Positions 14,536 through 24,724 of a DNA stretch of 64,000 nucleotides are shown piece after piece. Position numbers and translations under genes: made by a program. The stretch lies in the NCBI GenBank assembly GCA_963763075.1, contig CAVXNF010000001.1:216862-280861 (forward strand), given 5' to 3'. Source of the stretch: an uncultured Chloroflexia bacterium. Its GTDB lineage: Bacteria; Chloroflexota; Limnocylindria; Limnocylindrales; CSP1-4. The notes below the pieces were generated by a model, which was not told the origin of the DNA, did no database searches, and saw only the letters and a program-made list of their open reading frames with translations. Every line of letters starts with the position of its first letter. The first letter of the stretch is position 1.

Positions 14536-14569
14536 TATTACGTTCGACGATATATCGTGGGACGTAATA
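14536..14569. promoter_or_regulatory. 34-bp AT-rich inverted repeat, probable PadR autoregulatory operator
   Basis: tattacgt-tcg-acgatatatcgt-ggg-acgtaata, 10 nt upstream of the padR ATG. Confidence 0.7.
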
Positions 14570-14700
14570 TAGACCCGCTGCGGCCGGTGTCAAGGGGACG
14601 ATCGCAACCAATCGGCAATGATTCTCGGCGCGAAGGGCCAATTTGGCGTATCATCCGCGGACGCCCGAACGGATGGGCGCATTCTGGAACGGCCGACTCG

Positions 14701-14767
14701 ATCCACTCCCTCACGGTTCCCGCTCGAGGAAGATCGCGGAAACCGTCGCAACCACGAGGAAGTGGAT
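14701..14767 (+). promoter_or_regulatory. 5'-UTR stem-loop occluding the RBS of the zinc-ribbon gene
   Basis: atccactccctc (14701-12) pairs with gaggaagtggat (14756-67) at 11/12; inner acggttcccgc/gcggaaaccgt pairs at 10/11. Confidence 0.5.
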
Positions 14768-14773
14768 ACCGAC

Positions 14774-15172
14774 ATGAACGTCGACAAGACGCTCACCTGC
14801 GCCGACTGCGGCCAGGAGTTCACCTTTACCGCCAGCGAGCAGGACTTCTACGCCGAGCGTGGCTTCACCGAGCCCCGCCGCTGTGGCAGCTGCCGCGCCG
14901 CCCGCAAGGCCCAGCGCAACGCCGATGGCGGTGGTTATTCCGAGAGCCAGGGTGCCGGCAGCTACGGCGCCGGCGGCAGCTACAGCGCCGGTGGATATTC
15001 CAGCGGCGGCGGGTACAACCGCAGTGGCGGCGGCGGCGGCGGCTCGCGCGGCCCGCGCGAGATGTTCCCGGCCACCTGCTCGTCCTGCGGGCAGGAGACC
15101 GAGGTCCCGTTCCGGCCGACCTCCGGCAAGCCCGTCTACTGCAGCGCCTGCTTCGCGCAGCGCCGCGCCTGA
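14774..15172 (+). CDS. Zinc-ribbon / CxxC-x17-CxxC domain protein with Gly-rich linker
   Basis: 'DKTLTCADCGQEFTFTASEQDFYAERGF.EPRRCGSCR' and 'REMFPATCSSCG..VPFRP..KPVYCSACF'. Confidence 0.9.
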   Translation: MNVDKTLTCADCGQEFTFTASEQDFYAERGFTEPRRCGSCRAARKAQRNADGGGYSESQGAGSYGAGGSYSAGGYSSGGGYNRSGGGGGGSRGPREMFPATCSSCGQETEVPFRPTSGKPVYCSACFAQRRA

Positions 15173-15198
15173 CCCAGCGACAGGGGGAACACAGCGGC

Positions 15199-15402
15199 AT
15201 GACCGAGCCCCGGCGCCCCGGCAACGGGCTCCCTCCCCGCCGACCCGCCCCCGCCGTTGACGAGCGCAAGCACGTCATCGCGGAGTACCGCCACAAGTCG
15301 CAGGAAGTGACCTGCGTGTGTGGCTGGGTCGGCAGCTCGGAGTCGCCCGACGGGCGAACCTCCGATTGGAGCCGTCACGTGGCGGCAAGCCGAGGCAAGT
15401 AG
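15199..15402 (+). CDS. Small hypothetical protein with CxCGW...H motif
   Basis: ATG 15199 after GGGGG RBS; 'HVIAEY..VTCVCGWVG..DWSRHV'. Confidence 0.6.
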   Translation: MTEPRRPGNGLPPRRPAPAVDERKHVIAEYRHKSQEVTCVCGWVGSSESPDGRTSDWSRHVAASRGK

Positions 15403-15425
15403 CACCGCTTCTCCCGACAAACGCA

Positions 15426-15454
15426 GACGACCGCCGGCACCGCCGGCGGTCGTT
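15426..15454. terminator. Hairpin between convergent genes
   Basis: gacgaccgccggc-acc-gccggcggtcgtt followed by T residues. Confidence 0.6.
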
Positions 15455-15472
15455 TCGATTCGGGGACCGGGA

Positions 15473-16965
15473 TCAGCGCCCGGCCTTGAGCTCCTCGAGC
15501 GCCTTGAGCACCTGGGTGTCGGTCGCCTTGGCGAGCTCGGCGGCGGTCATGCCCCGGAGGTCGTCCGGGCGGATGGGCGTCGCATCGTCGGCGAGGACGA
15601 CCTTCACGTCGGGCTCGAGGCCCTCGTGCCAGATCGGCCGGCCGCCGCGGGTGAGCCAGCGCTCGACACCGATGCGCATCGATGACCCGTCGGCGAGGTC
15701 GAAGCGGCCCAGCACCGTCCCGGTGCCGAACGTCTTCTCCCCGACCACCGTGCCGCGCGCCGCGTCCTGGATGGCGCCAGTGACGATCTCCGCGGAGCTG
15801 GCGGAGCTGCCGTCGGCGAGCACGACGAGCGGCCCCGACGTCCAGGCCCCGCCCGGCGTGACCGGCGCGTCCTTGCTGACGCCCGACGCGTCGATGCTCT
15901 GGTACACGATCCCGTCGCCGACGAACTGGCTGGCGACCCCGATCGCCTCGTTCACGTACCCGCCGGGGTTGCCCCGGAGGTCGAGGATGATCTCCGTCGC
16001 GCCGGCCGTCTTGGCGTCGTTGATGGCGCCCTCGACCGCCTTCGTCGCGCCGGTGGCGAACTGCTCCAGCCGGATCATGGCGACGTTGTCGCGACCCGGG
16101 ACCATCGACCACGTGACGAGCGGCAGGTCGAACTGGCGGCGGGTGATCGTGACGTCGAAGTCGTCGCGGCCGTCGCGGCCGATCGTGAGCGTGACGGGCT
16201 CGCCCTCCGGGCCGCGCACGCGGGACACGACCTCCTCGACGGTGTGACCCTCGGTCGCCCAGCCGTCGACCGAGATGATCCGGTCGCCGCGCTTGAGGTC
16301 GGACTCCTCGGCCGGCGTGTTGGGGATGATCGAGCTGACGATCGGCGGTCCGCCGTCCTCCTGCTCGGTGTTGATCTGGACGCCGATGCCGACGAACGTG
16401 CCGGACAGCGACTGGTCGGCCGCGCGCGCCTCGTCGGCGGTGAGGAAGCTCGTGTGGCCCTCGTCGCCGACGGCCTCGGTCATGCCCCGGATCGCGCCGT
16501 AGGCGAGGTCCTGGTCGTCGAGGTTCTTGGCGTCGACGTAGTTCTCGTGGATCGTGTCCCACGCCTCCTGGATCAGCGCCATGTCCGCGGTCGCGGTGGC
16601 CGGGGTCGGCGACTCGGCGACGATCGCCGACGGGCCGAGGATGCCGCTCTGGCCCATCGCCACGCCACCGGAGAAGGTGATGAGCGCGATGACCGGGATG
16701 ACGACGACCCACAGCCAGCGGCCCCAGCCGCCGGACGACGGGGACGGCGGTCGTGCCCGAGCCGAGGCTCGAGACCGGCGTCGCCGGGACGGCGAACCCG
16801 GGGCCGTCCATGGGTGGCGGCGGCGGGACGAGCCTCGCCGAACGCGGACGGCTGGAGGGTGGCATCGGCGCCGGGCGCAGGTGGCGCGGGCGGGATGAAG
16901 GGCAGGGGCGCGTCGCCGGGGGCGGCCGGATGGGACGCCGGGGCGCGGTCGGAGGAGTCGGTCAT
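15473..16965 (-). CDS. Carboxyl-terminal processing protease (S41A, PDZ domain)
   Basis: TM anchor, 'GIGVQI' PDZ, 'LDLRGNPGG', 'SASSAEI', 'GEKTFGTG' (the usual catalytic Lys of FGKG reads Thr). Indels in the N-terminal tail. Confidence 0.85.
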
Positions 16966-17130
16966 GGGATCTTTCGGGCTGTCGGGCACACGGTGAGCCA
17001 GTGTCGGCTGGCGTCCAGCATGACGGCTCCGGCTTCAGGGCGGGTGGTGGACCGATGACGTTTCCTTGACCAACCCTTCGCCCGCGGGCCGGCGCGGATG
17101 CACGGATGGTCCGTGTCGGAGCACGCAGAT

Positions 17131-17160
17131 GCACCTCCGGCGGCGAGCCGTCGGAGGTGC
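17131..17160. terminator. 13-bp hairpin downstream of the FAD oxidoreductase
   Basis: gcacctccggcgg / ccgtcggaggtgc. Confidence 0.5.
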
Positions 17161-17204
17161 GGGGAGCGGCGATGCGAGCGGGTGGAGCCCGCCTCGGGAT
17201 CCGG

Positions 17205-18632
17205 TCAGTCGGGCCGGATGTTGTGGTTGCCGCGGAACAGGTTCTCCGGGTCGACCCGGCGCTTGACCTGGACGAGCCGCTCGTAGGTCGCGCCCGGGTA
17301 GGCCTGGTGCAGCCGGGCCGCGCCCTCGTCCGCGAGGAAGTTCGAGTACACGCCCGTCGCGCCGTCCGACAGGTCGGCCTGGTAGGCGTCCGCCCACGCG
17401 ACGGCCTCGTCGTAGCGGGCCTCGCTGCTGCCGGCGATGACCGTGGCCATGACGACCGCGTCGCGGTGCGCGAACGCCGTGGCATTGCCCGGCACGCGGC
17501 CCATCGCGCCGCCCAGGACCCGCAGCTGGGTGAAGCCCATGACCGGCTGCGGCGTGGAGTGGCGCTCGACGATCGCGTCGATCGCCCGCTCGCTGAGGTC
17601 GGGCGCGAACGACGACCGGAGGACGCCCGGGCCGGGATGCTCGCCCTCGGCGGTCAGCTGGTACATCGCCGGGTAGGGCATCGGGCCGACCATGTCGATC
17701 AGCGGCGTCGCCAGCGCACGGAACGGGGCCATCGCCGCGGCGCCCTCGTCGAGCGGGCCGGCATGGACCGGCATGACGACCACCGCCGGCGTGCCGACGA
17801 GCTCCGGCGGCACGAACGGCGCCGGCGGGATGGGCATGACGATCGAGATCTGGGTCAGCTCGTCCGGCGCCTCGACCGAGGCCTCGACGAGGCCGCGCAG
17901 GACCTCGCGGGTGAGCGGCAGGAACAGCGCCCCGCCGGTGACCATCTCGACCGGGTGCAGGTTGTAGCGGAAGCGGGTGACGATGCCGAAGTTGCCGCCG
18001 CCACCGCGGATCGCCCAGAACAGGTCGGGATCCGCCTCGGCCGAGACCGTGACGAGCGAGCCGTCGGCCATCACGAGGTCCGCCTCGATCAGGTTGTCGA
18101 TGGCCATCCCGTGCTTGCGGGCGAGCCAGCCGATGCCGCCGCCGAGCGTCAGGCCGCCGAGGCCGACCGACAGCGTGTCGCCGAACGGCGTGGCCATCCC
18201 GTACGTGTGCGCGGCCATCGTGTACTCGCCGGCCGTCGCGCCGCCCTGGGCGGAGCCGATCCAGCGGATCGGGTCGATGTCGACCGCGTTGAGCGAGCGC
18301 ATGTCGAGCAGCAGGCCGCCGTCCGTCGCCGAGAACCCGGCCACGCTGTGGCCGCCGCTCTTGACCGCCAGCTCGAGGCCGAGCTCGCGTGCCGTGAGGA
18401 CCACCCGCGACACGTCGATCGCGTCGGCAGGGCGGACGATGACGCCCGGCTTCTTGTCGAAGTGCGTGTTGTGGATGCCGCGGGTCGCGTCGTACGTCGC
18501 GTCGCCGTCGACGATGACCTCGCCGCGGATCGCGTCGCGCAGGGCGCGCAGGTCGACGGGGGCGAGCGGGCTCGGGGCGGAGGCGGGAGCGGAGCGGAGG
18601 ACGGCGGGGGCGCCGGCGACGGGTGCGGTCAT
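17205..18632 (-). CDS. FAD-linked oxidoreductase (VAO/berberine-bridge-enzyme family)
   Basis: 'KSGGHS', 'GGLTLGGGIG', 'LFWAIRGGGGNFGIVT', 'YSNF', 'VKRRVDPENLF'. Confidence 0.92.
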   Translation of the reverse strand: MTAPVAGAPAVLRSAPASAPSPLAPVDLRALRDAIRGEVIVDGDATYDATRGIHNTHFDKKPGVIVRPADAIDVSRVVLTARELGLELAVKSGGHSVAGFSATDGGLLLDMRSLNAVDIDPIRWIGSAQGGATAGEYTMAAHTYGMATPFGDTLSVGLGGLTLGGGIGWLARKHGMAIDNLIEADLVMADGSLVTVSAEADPDLFWAIRGGGGNFGIVTRFRYNLHPVEMVTGGALFLPLTREVLRGLVEASVEAPDELTQISIVMPIPPAPFVPPELVGTPAVVVMPVHAGPLDEGAAAMAPFRALATPLIDMVGPMPYPAMYQLTAEGEHPGPGVLRSSFAPDLSERAIDAIVERHSTPQPVMGFTQLRVLGGAMGRVPGNATAFAHRDAVVMATVIAGSSEARYDEAVAWADAYQADLSDGATGVYSNFLADEGAARLHQAYPGATYERLVQVKRRVDPENLFRGNHNIRPD

Positions 18633-18822
18633 CGGGATCAGGGCTCCTTCAGGTCGCTCGAGGAAGACGAGGACGATGGGGCCATGCTCGGGTCGAGGCC
18701 GGGCGTACGCCACCGGACGCCGATGGCCAGCCCGCGTGGACGGGCGGCGCGGCGCGTGATGGACGGATGACGATGGCGCGGCCGCGTGCCGCGGGTCGCG
18801 CGGCCGGCGGGCGCTGGCGCGG

Positions 18823-19537
18823 TCAGGTGCCCTCGCGCATGAGGCGGCGGGCCGCGCGGGTGGCGCGCACGAAGTGGCGGAGGTGCGCGACCGGCCGGAC
18901 GTGGCTCGGCTCGCCGGCGTAGATCGTGGAGATCGGCACCCACGCGAGGGTCCAGCCGTTGCGCAGGCAGACGGCGATCATCTCGACCTCGAACTCGAAG
19001 CCGGTCTCGTGCGCTGTCCAGCGTCGCGGCCATGAGCCGCCGGCCGAGCAGCCGGTAGCCGGACTGGTTGTCGGGGACGTGCTGCCCGACGGCCCACGAG
19101 AAGGCCGCGGTCCCGAGCGTGTTCGACAGCCGCCGGACGGGCGGCATCCGGGCGAAGTCGCGGCGGCCGATGATCAGCTCCGGCCGCGGCCCGCCGGCGC
19201 CCGGCGCGCCGTACGCGGCGACGAAGCGGGGGATCTCGTCCGGGTCGTGCTGGCCGTCCGCGTCGAGCGTGAGGACGGCGTCGTAGCCCTCGTCGAGCGC
19301 CTGCCGGAAGCCCGCCCGGAGCGCCGCGCCCTTGCCCTGATTGGGGACCTGGCGGATCACCTCCGCTCCCGCGGCCTCGGCGTTCGCGGCAGTGTCGTCG
19401 GTCGAGCCGTCGTCCACGACGAGCACGGGCAGGTGCCGCAGCGCGCCCTCGACGACGCGCGCGATCCGCGGCCCCTCCTCGTAGCCCGGGACGAGCGCGA
19501 GGACGCGCGGCCGCGCGGCGTCCGGGCGCGGGTCCAC
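18823..19537 (-). CDS. GT2 glycosyltransferase (polyprenol-phosphate sugar synthase-like)
   Basis: 'VVDDGSTD', 'NQGKGAA', 'LDADGQH', 'DNQSGYR'; indel near 19010. Confidence 0.88.
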
Positions 19538-19726
19538 CTAGCCCCGGGCGTCAGTCGGCGCGTCGGCCGGGGCGGGCAGGCGCTCGGCGCGCGCGAGGAC
19601 CTCGTCGCGGGTGCCACCCATGTTGTGCACCGTGCGGCCGTGGTCGAGGGTCGCCGCGACGACCTCGTCCTCGGATCCGGTCGACTCCCAGCCGCACACG
19701 CAGCTGGTGCGAAGCTGCTGACCCAT
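19538..19726 (-). CDS. Small metal-binding protein (DUF1059-like)
   Basis: 'SCVCGWESTGSEDEVV..HGRTVHNM'; GGAGGAG RBS. Confidence 0.7.
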   Translation of the reverse strand: MGQQLRTSCVCGWESTGSEDEVVAATLDHGRTVHNMGGTRDEVLARAERLPAPADAPTDARG

Positions 19727-19734
19727 GGCTCCTC

Positions 19735-20230
19735 CTAGCCGAGGCTGCGGAACGGCTCCGGCACGTAGCCCGCGAGCGCCGCGCGCCATTCGTCCGAGAG
19801 CTCGTGCCGCACGACGTCGTCATCCTCCGCCAGCCAGGCGAGGTGGCGCAAGGCATGCTCGAGGACCTGGCTCGTCGCGATCGCCGCCGGCGCGGCCCGG
19901 GCGGACGAGCGGGCGAGGTCCTCGCGACCGACGCTCAACCGACGGCTGGCCGGCGACCAGCGCCGGGTCGACGACGACGAGGAACGACAGGACGACCGCG
20001 TCGCGGTCCCGCCGCCACGACGTCGAGTGGACGAGGAGCGGCTCCCCGACGACGTCACGCACGATGCGATCGACGGCCTCGACGGGGTGCTCACCGGCGC
20101 CGACCTCGAGCTCCCAGGCACGCGGTCCGTCGGGTCCGCCGAGCCGGATCGACCCGTCCGCGAGCCAGACGAGGTAGACCTCGGCCTTGACGGGTCCTTC
20201 GACGTCGAACGGGAGCGGCGGGTCGGCCAT
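19735..20230 (-). CDS. Hypothetical protein (possibly degenerate Nudix-like), frameshifted
   Basis: 'HPVEAV..VHSTSWR..VVLSF' continuing in another frame to '[20 protein letters not shown]'. Confidence 0.6.
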
Positions 20231-20239
20231 GGGCGGATG

Positions 20240-21177
20240 CTACGGCGCGGCGAGCGCGCCGCGATCGACGCGATCTGGTCGGGCGTCACGCGGCAGCACC
20301 CGCCCACGAGCCGGGCGCCGCGCGGCGATCCACGCGCGGGCGGCCTCGCCATCGACGCCGGTGCCTGGCGCTGCCGGTCCACGCGCGGCCGGCCGCGTCC
20401 CACGCCTCGCCGCTGTTGGGGTACACGACGACGGGCAGGGCGGTCACGGCGGCGATCCGCCCGATGAGCTCCGGCACGTGCTCGGGGGCCGTGCAGTTGA
20501 TGCCGACCGCGAGCACCGCGGGTGTCGTTGCGACGGCGGCGACGGCCTCCTCGATCGGGGCGCCGCTCCGGATCCGCTGCCCGTCGGCACACGAGAACGA
20601 CACCCACGCCGCGGCACCCGGCGTCTCGGCGAGCAGCGCCGCCACGGCGGCCGCCTCCTCCACCTCGGGGATCGTCTCGACCGCGAGGACGTCGGCATCC
20701 GTTCCGGCGAGGACGCGGAGCCGGTCGCGATGGAAGTCCTTGAGCTGCGTGACGGTGAGCCCGTACCGGCCGCGGTACTCGGACCCGTCGGCGAGCATCG
20801 CCCCGTACGGTCCGATCGACGCCGCGACGAAGCGCTGCGGCCCGCCGGGCGACTCCGCCACGACCCTGTCCCGCGCCTCGGCGGCCAGCTCGACCGACCG
20901 GCGAAGGAGCTGTGCAGCCTGCGACCCGCCCGATCCCCTGCCGCGCGAAGCCCTCGAACGTCGCCTGGTAGGAGGCGGTCGTCGCGACCTGCGCGCCCGC
21001 GCGGTAGTAGGCGAGATGCGCGTCGACGATCGCGGCCGGGTCCTCGACCAGCAGCCGCGCCGACCACAGCGCGTCCGACAGGTCGGCGCCCTGCGCCTCG
21101 AGCTGCGTGGCGAGCCCGCCGTCGAGCACGATTCGCTCGCCGGCGTCGAGCGCGGACCGGAAGGCGCGGGCGTCCAT
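20240..21177 (-). CDS. mmuM: Homocysteine S-methyltransferase (S-methylmethionine-dependent)
   Basis: '[18 protein letters not shown]', '[16 protein letters not shown]', 'GINCT', 'YPNSGE', 'GGCCR'; frameshifts. Confidence 0.9.
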
Positions 21178-21263
21178 CACCGGATCGTGCCACGGCTTCG
21201 GCCGGCGGCGAGCACAATCGGCCCTCGGCGCCAGCGGGTCGCCGTCCACGACGAGGAGGCCAC

Positions 21264-22400
21264 GTGCGCTACCGGCGGATGCCGATCGAGGTCGAGTCCC
21301 CCGAGCAGCTGGGCTATGGCCGGATCCGCCACAACCTCGCGGAGAGCTCGGTCACCGACGCCGCCCTGGCGGATCTCGGGGTCGATCTCGGCGGCCTGGT
21401 GCTCCAGTACGGCGACCATCTCGGCCTGCCGGAGCTGCGTGCCGAGATCGCCGCCGACGGGGCCGGGCTCGACCCGGACGACGTGCTCGTCACGCCGGGC
21501 GCGGTCACGGCGCTGTTCCTCATCCACACGACGCTGCTGGAGGCGGGCTCGCACGTCGTCGTCGCCCGGCCCAACTACGCCACCAACGTCGAGACGCCGC
21601 GGGCGATCGGCGCCGACGTGTCGTTCCTCGACCTCGCGTACGAGGACGGCTGGGCGGTGGACCCCGACCGGATCGCCGCGCTCCTCCGGCCCGAGACGCG
21701 GCTCGTCAGCCTCACGACGCCGCACAACCCGACCGGCACCACGCTCGACCGCGCGGCGCTGGACGCGGTGATCGCGCTCGTCGAGCGGCACGGCACGGCG
21801 CGCCTCCTCGTCGACGAGACGTACCGCGAGATGACGTTCGGCGAGCCGCTCCCCGTCGCCGCGACCCTGTCCGACCGGGTGATCAGCGTGACCAGCCTGT
21901 CGAAGACATACGGCCTGCCGGGCATCCGCGTCGGATGGCTCGTGACGCGCGACGCGGCGCTCGCGGAGGAGCTGCTCGCCGCGAAGGAGCAGGTCCTGAT
22001 CAGCGGCTCGCTCGTGGACGAGACGATCGCGCTCGCCGCGCTCCGGCGCCGCCCGACCTGGCTGCCGGCGATCCGCGGCCCGCATCGCCGAGGCGTTCGA
22101 CATCACCGCCGGGTGGCTCGACGGCAACCCCCGCTTCGAGTGGGTTGCGCCCCGTGGCGGCGTCGTGGGCTTCCCGCGCGTCCGGCCCGAATGGGCGGGG
22201 CGCCTCGACCTCGACCGGTTCTACGCCACGCTGTTCGACCGCCACGGCACCGTCGTCGGGCCCGGGCACTGGTTCGAGCAGCCGCGGGCGCACTTCCGGC
22301 TGGGCTACGGCTGGCCGTCCACGGACGAGCTCCGCGGCGGCCTCGCGGCCCTCGACGCCGCGTTCGACGAGACGGTCGCGGCGGGCCGGCGACCCGCTAG
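21264..22400 (+). CDS. PLP-dependent aminotransferase class I/II
   Basis: 'PHNPTG', 'VDETY', PLP-Lys '[15 protein letters not shown]', 'FRLGYG'; indel near 22080. Confidence 0.88.
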   Translation: MRYRRMPIEVESPEQLGYGRIRHNLAESSVTDAALADLGVDLGGLVLQYGDHLGLPELRAEIAADGAGLDPDDVLVTPGAVTALFLIHTTLLEAGSHVVVARPNYATNVETPRAIGADVSFLDLAYEDGWAVDPDRIAALLRPETRLVSLTTPHNPTGTTLDRAALDAVIALVERHGTARLLVDETYREMTFGEPLPVAATLSDRVISVTSLSKTYGLPGIRVGWLVTRDAALAEELLAAKEQVLISGSLVDETIALAALRRRPTWLPAIRGPHRRGVRHHRRVARRQPPLRVGCAPWRRRGLPARPARMGGAPRPRPVLRHAVRPPRHRRRARALVRAAAGALPAGLRLAVHGRAPRRPRGPRRRVRRDGRGGPATR

Positions 22401-23357
22401 GCGAACAGCGAGGCGTACGCGTTGAGGGCGGGCTGCCCGCCGAGATGCGCGTACAGGACGGTCGACGAGCGGTCGATCTCGCCGCGCGTCACGAGGTCGA
22501 TCAGGCCCGCCATCGACTTCCCCTCGTAGACCGGGTCCGTGATCATCCCCTCGAGCCTTCCGGCGAGGCGCATGGCTTCCAGCGTCGCCGCGTCCGGGAT
22601 GCCGTACGTGCCCGCGTGGTAGCGCTCGTCGAGGATGATCTCGTCCTCGCGCAGTCGCGGTCGAGGCCGATGCGCCGGCCGTCCGGCGGGCGATGCGCGC
22701 CAGTTGGGCTCGCGTCTCCGCGGGCTGTCGCGCTGCCGTCGACACGATGACCCGCCGCGGCCGCCCGCCGGCGTCCCCGGCACCGCGAAGCCCGCGATCA
22801 TCCCGGCCTGCGGTCGACCTGCCGGGCACACGACGATCGTGTCGAAGAAGACGCCGACCGCCTCCTGCTCGGCGACCTCGAACGCCCAGCCCGCGAAGCC
22901 GCCGCCCGGGGATCCGGCGCCGGCGGGGATCGCGTGCGTCCTCCAGCCTCGACGTCGGCAGGGCCGCTTCCAGCTGTCCCGGAACCCGATGGAGCCGGAC
23001 GACCATCGGCCGCCGGCAGCGCCCATCAGGCGGGCTCAGGAGGATGTTGCCGGTCGGTCGATGACGTCCGGCCACTCGACCCAGTGCTCCTGCACGAGGA
23101 CGCAGCCGAGGCCCTGCGACGCGGCGACGCCCGAGACCTGGCGGGTGTGGTGACTGGACGCCGCCGCGGACACGAGCGTGTCGCAGCCCGTGGCAAGCGC
23201 GTCGGCGACGAGGTACTCGAGCCGGACCTTGTTGCCGCCGTAGGCGAGCCCGGAGTTCAGTCTCGCGCCTGCCTGCCCGCGGTCGGTCACGGTCGAGGCG
23301 GCGGCGGTCGAGCCCGAAGCGGAGGTTCGTGCGCGGGTAGTCCTCGAGCGTGGGCAT
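22397..23357 (-). CDS. acdS: 1-aminocyclopropane-1-carboxylate deaminase, heavily frameshifted
   Basis: '[12 protein letters not shown]', 'HTRQV', 'LVQEHWV', 'GNILLS', '[14 protein letters not shown]', '[13 protein letters not shown]'. Confidence 0.85.
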
Positions 23358-23462
23358 GCCATGACCGCGCTCGGCTGCCGAAACCACGCGATCGTTGCCG
23401 CGTACGCTGGAATGGGCCGCGTTCCCGCCTGGTCCCGCCAGCTCGTCGATCGGAGTCATCCC

Positions 23463-23716
23463 GTGCGTCCTGCCCGCGTCGTCATCGCCATCCTGCTCGC
23501 CCTCGTCGGCGCCGTCTGGACCCTGCAGGGGCTCGGGGTCATCGGCGGCACCGGCATGAGCGGCACGCTGTTCTGGGCGGGCGCGGGGATCGCCATCATC
23601 GTCGGGGCCGGCGTCGTGCTGGCCGCCGAGCTCCGCCGCCGCGACGGCACCGGGACGGGCTCGGGTCGGCGCGGGCCCGGATGGCGCCGGTTCCGGGTCC
23701 GGGCTCGGGCGGCTGA
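23463..23716 (+). CDS. Small two-TM membrane protein (end approximate)
   Basis: 'LVGAVWTLQGLGVIGGTGMSGTLFWAGAG'. Confidence 0.6.
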
Positions 23717-23819
23717 CGCGGGAGCGCGGCGCATTCGCGGTGCAAGGCGCCTGAGACCCGCTCGTGCCGTGCACCGGGCGTACCCTCGATGCCTGGCGAC
23801 GACGAACCGGGAGACCGCG

Positions 23820-24724
23820 ATGCAGGTCGGATTGTTGGCCCCGCAGGGCTGGAAGGGCGAGTACGACGGCTGGGATCCGGCCGGCGGCCTGGGCGCACAC
23901 CGTCGAGCTGGCGCAGCAGGCCGAGGCGCTCGGGTTCGAGTCGCTGTGGGTGTTCGACCACTTCCACACTGTCCCCGAGCCGACGGACGAGATCACGTTC
24001 GAGTCGTTCTCGATGCCTCGCGGCGCTGGCCATGGTCACCAGCCGGGTGCGGATCGGGCACATGGTCGTCTGCACCGGCGTTCCGCAATCCCGGCGCTCA
24101 CGGCGAAGCTGGCCTCGACCATCGACGTCATCTCCGGCGGCCGGTTCGAGCTGGGCATCGGCGCCGGCTGGTACGAGCACGAGTGGCTCGCGTACGGCTA
24201 CGGCTTCCCGCCGGTGGGCGAGCGGCTCGGCCAGCTGGGCGACCACCTCGAGGCATCTCGCGGATGCTCGGGCCGGGACGGGCGACCTTCGCGGGCCGCT
24301 ACGCCGAGGTCGACGGGGCGATCAACGAGCCGAAGGGCGTCCAGCGCCACATCCCGGTGATCGTCGGGGGCAACGGCCGGCGGCGCACCGCCGGCTATGC
24401 CGTCAAGTTCGCCGACGAGCTCAACTACGTGTTCCTGCCGCCCGCGCAGCTCAAGGACCGCATCGCCGAGGTCCGTGGGCGGTGCGAGGCGGACGGCCGC
24501 GACCCGTTCGACGCTCCGCTTCTCGATGTACGTCCGCGACGAAGAGATGCGGCCGGGACCGGCGCGGGTCGACGCGCTCGCCACGCTGCGCGAGACGGAG
24601 CTGGACCGGATCGTGCTGCTTCCCGGGCCGCTGGGATCCGTCGCCGGACGGCCAGGCCGCCTTCGCGGAAGACTGCCGCGCAGCTGGGTTCGTCCTCGGC
24701 GGCACGGCCGCAGCCATTCGGTGA
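23820..24724 (+). CDS. LLM-class (probably F420-dependent) oxidoreductase, frameshifted
   Basis: 'GFESLWVFDHFHTVP', 'TIDVISGGRFELGIGAGWYEHE', 'IPVIVGGNG'. Confidence 0.85.

Noticed and set aside
14925-15045. Gly-rich repeats as a tandem array or CRISPR
   Set aside because: Coding low-complexity linker; I saw no repeat-spacer periodicity and no cas genes in the window.
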